A stretch of DNA of 14,603 nucleotides from Candidatus Bipolaricaulia bacterium. GTDB taxonomy: Bacteria; Bipolaricaulota; Bipolaricaulia; RBG-16-55-9. The DNA lies in contig JBDGQO010000059.1 in assembly GCA_042219045.1 (NCBI GenBank), forward strand, positions 1 through 14,603, read 5' to 3'. The position numbers and the translations under genes are program-made. Of this stretch, positions 12,614 through 14,603 are shown in pieces. The notes under the pieces were generated by a model. The model was not told the origin of the DNA. It ran no database searches and saw only the letters and a program-made list of their open reading frames with translations. The stretch's first letter is position 1. Every line of letters begins with the position of its first letter.

Positions 12614-14603
12614 ATGAGATCACGTGCTACAACCGCTATCACCGTCGCCTGGATGCTGGTTTTGGGCGTCCTGGTGATGGGGAGTTCGCAGGCCCTGGGG
12701 CAGCAGGTGCCCGTGTCGATTCCAGACGTGGAGGTGCAGCCCGGCGATACGGTGTCCGTTCCGGTGGAGGTGGGCGACCTGACCAATGAGGGGGTCACGT
12801 CCTACGAGTTTACGGTCCAGTACAACGGGCAGATCGTCGAAGTCACGGGGGCGGAGGCCGGTCCTGTAACCGGAGACGGCGGCACTTTCGACGCGAACAC
12901 GTCGGCGGACGGAGAGGTCTCGGTCGGCTTTGCGTCGGCCTCGGCCCTGTCGGGGAGCGGCACGCTCGTCGTCCTTCAGGTACGGGGCGTAAGTGGTGGA
13001 GAGAGCCCCCTTGCGTTTGTCGATGATGAGTCTGCCCTCAATGAAGGGCGGGTGTCCGCGCAGTTTACTGGCGGGACAGCGACGGTGGCGGACGTGTTCG
13101 TAAGCCTGCCGGACACGGTGACCCAGACCGGACAGCAGGTCGCGATTCCCGTCCGCACGAGCGACCTGACGAGCCAGAATGACACTCCCAATGTCACTTC
13201 CTTCGACTTTGAGGTGGCGTTCGACGCGTCGGTCCTCGACATGACCGGAGTCGAGACGCAGGGGACCCTCTCAGAAGGCTTGGACGCGCAGTTTGGAACG
13301 TCGAACGGCACCGCTACGGTGGCCGTCGCCAGCGGACAGGCCATCGAGGGCAGCGGGGAACTGATCCGCCTTCAGGCCGACGTGATCGGCTCAGGCGCCT
13401 CCCCACTGGACTTCAATCAGTTTCAGTTTAACGAGGGCACCCCCGCGGCGGACACGACCAACGGGTCGCTCCGGGCCGGAGAGGTCGCTGTGTCGTTTCC
13501 GAACGTGCGCCTCTCGACGGGCGAGTCGCGTGTCGTCAACGTCAGCACGACGGACCTTACGGATCTGGGTGTTGAGTCCTATCAGTTTGAGTTTTCGTTC
13601 GATCCGTCGGTCCTTCAGGTGGCCGACACGGTGATTACCGAGGGCACCCAGTCGGCGGGGACCAGCCCGCAGATTCAGGTGGGCGACAGCACCGTCACTG
13701 TCGCCACCGCGAGCGACTCGGTGTTTTCGGGGGACGACCCCCTGGTTAAGCTCCGGATTGAGGGGGAAGATCCCGGCACCTCGCCCCTAACGTTTGAGAA
13801 CTTTCAGTTCGACGAGCCGTCGGTGGCGCCGACAGTCATCACGATCGACGGGCAGGCGGAAACGCTCGCAAACCGCCGGCCGCAGTTTACGGACGCGCCG
13901 GACGACACCTTGTCGGTGGCCGTTAATGACACGCTCACCACGACCTTCGACGCCAGCGACCCGGACGGGGACGACGTGTCGTTTGCCCTGACGCAGGCCC
14001 CACAGGGCGCGACGATCGACTCGGCGAGCGGCGACTTCAGCTGGACGCCCTCCCTCTCGCAGGCGGACAGCACCTACCAGATCGACGTCCGCGCCTCCGA
14101 TGGGGTTGCCACCTCGGACACCTCCTTTGCGGTGATGGTCACCAACGACCCGCCCCAGTTTACCTCGGTGCCGGAGGATACCTCCGCGACGGTCGGCAAT
14201 ACGCTGACCGCCACCGTCGAGGCAAACGACCCGAACGGCAACGACGTCTCCTTTGCTCTGACGCAGGCCCCACAGGGCGCAGCGATCGACTCGGCGAGCG
14301 GCGACTTTAGCTGGACCCCCGACTCAACGCAGGCAGACAGCACCTACAACATCGGCGTCCGCGCCTCCGACGGGCAGGCCGCCTCGGACACAAGCTTTGC
14401 GGTGACGGTACAGGAGCTGAACGACCCGCCCCAGTTCACCTCGGTGCCGGGCGATGATACCACGGCCGTCAACGAGGAGGTAACCGCCACCGTCGCCGCC
14501 AGCGACCCGGAAGGGGACGACGTGTCGTTTGCTCTGACGCAGGCCCCGCAGGGCGCAGCGATCGACTCGGCGAGCGGCGACTTTAGCTGGACCCCCGACT
14601 CAA
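12614..14603 (+). CDS. Secreted scaffoldin-like protein, 3-prime partial (>663 aa): signal peptide, 3 tandem cohesins, at least 3 cadherin-like/He_PIG repeats
   Basis: Hand translation from ATG 12614 stays open to the window end, which is why the ORF track lacks it: MRSRATTAITVAWMLVLGVLVMGSSQALG|QQVPVSIPDVEVQPGDTVSVPVEVGDLTNEGVTSYEFTVQYN... Cohesins at about 12701-13087, 13088-13477 and 13478-13870; Ig repeats start at 13871 (NRRPQFT...ASDPDGDDVSFALTQAPQGATIDSASGDFSWTP). Confidence 0.92.
   Translation, partial: MRSRATTAITVAWMLVLGVLVMGSSQALGQQVPVSIPDVEVQPGDTVSVPVEVGDLTNEGVTSYEFTVQYNGQIVEVTGAEAGPVTGDGGTFDANTSADGEVSVGFASASALSGSGTLVVLQVRGVSGGESPLAFVDDESALNEGRVSAQFTGGTATVADVFVSLPDTVTQTGQQVAIPVRTSDLTSQNDTPNVTSFDFEVAFDASVLDMTGVETQGTLSEGLDAQFGTSNGTATVAVASGQAIEGSGELIRLQADVIGSGASPLDFNQFQFNEGTPAADTTNGSLRAGEVAVSFPNVRLSTGESRVVNVSTTDLTDLGVESYQFEFSFDPSVLQVADTVITEGTQSAGTSPQIQVGDSTVTVATASDSVFSGDDPLVKLRIEGEDPGTSPLTFENFQFDEPSVAPTVITIDGQAETLANRRPQFTDAPDDTLSVAVNDTLTTTFDASDPDGDDVSFALTQAPQGATIDSASGDFSWTPSLSQADSTYQIDVRASDGVATSDTSFAVMVTNDPPQFTSVPEDTSATVGNTLTATVEANDPNGNDVSFALTQAPQGAAIDSASGDFSWTPDSTQADSTYNIGVRASDGQAASDTSFAVTVQELNDPPQFTSVPGDDTTAVNEEVTATVAASDPEGDDVSFALTQAPQGAAIDSASGDFSWTPDS
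13871..14603 (+). repeat. Intragenic tandem repeats of 273-276 bp encoding cadherin-like Ig domains
   Basis: Units at 13871-14143, 14144-14419 and 14420 to >14603. Segments 14252-14327 and 14528-14603 differ at 1 of 76 nt. Confidence 0.9.

Noticed and set aside
12496..12789. 97-aa plus-strand ORF after gene 2
   Set aside because: It overlaps, out of frame, the real gene starting at 12614, which has a signal peptide and cohesin domains.

Overview
High-GC window that looks like the replication region of a plasmid or secondary replicon, or an integrated copy of one. The host is probably an extremely halophilic Rhodothermota (Salinibacter-like); this is inferred from the D/E-rich, K-poor proteins, type IX secretion (T9SS) C-terminal domains and high GC. 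A Rep_3/RepB-family initiator gene (minus strand, 153-1268) is followed by about nine iteron-like repeats and an AT-rich stretch (1398-1990). Divergently from rep, a sigma70-like promoter precedes three co-oriented secreted-protein genes separated by GC hairpins. (1) A 2754-aa protein: beta-helix/solenoid body, 2 cadherin-like Ig domains, dockerin, cohesin, T9SS CTD. (2) A 608-aa protein: cohesin, cohesin, dockerin, cohesin, T9SS CTD. (3) A gene missing from the ORF track because it runs off the window (12614 to >14603), with 3 tandem cohesins and at least 3 cadherin-like repeats. The best candidate for an undescribed system is a replicon-linked, T9SS-exported, apparently non-enzymatic cohesin-dockerin (cellulosome-like) surface scaffold in a halophile. 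All domain calls are by-eye motif recognition; no searches were run.
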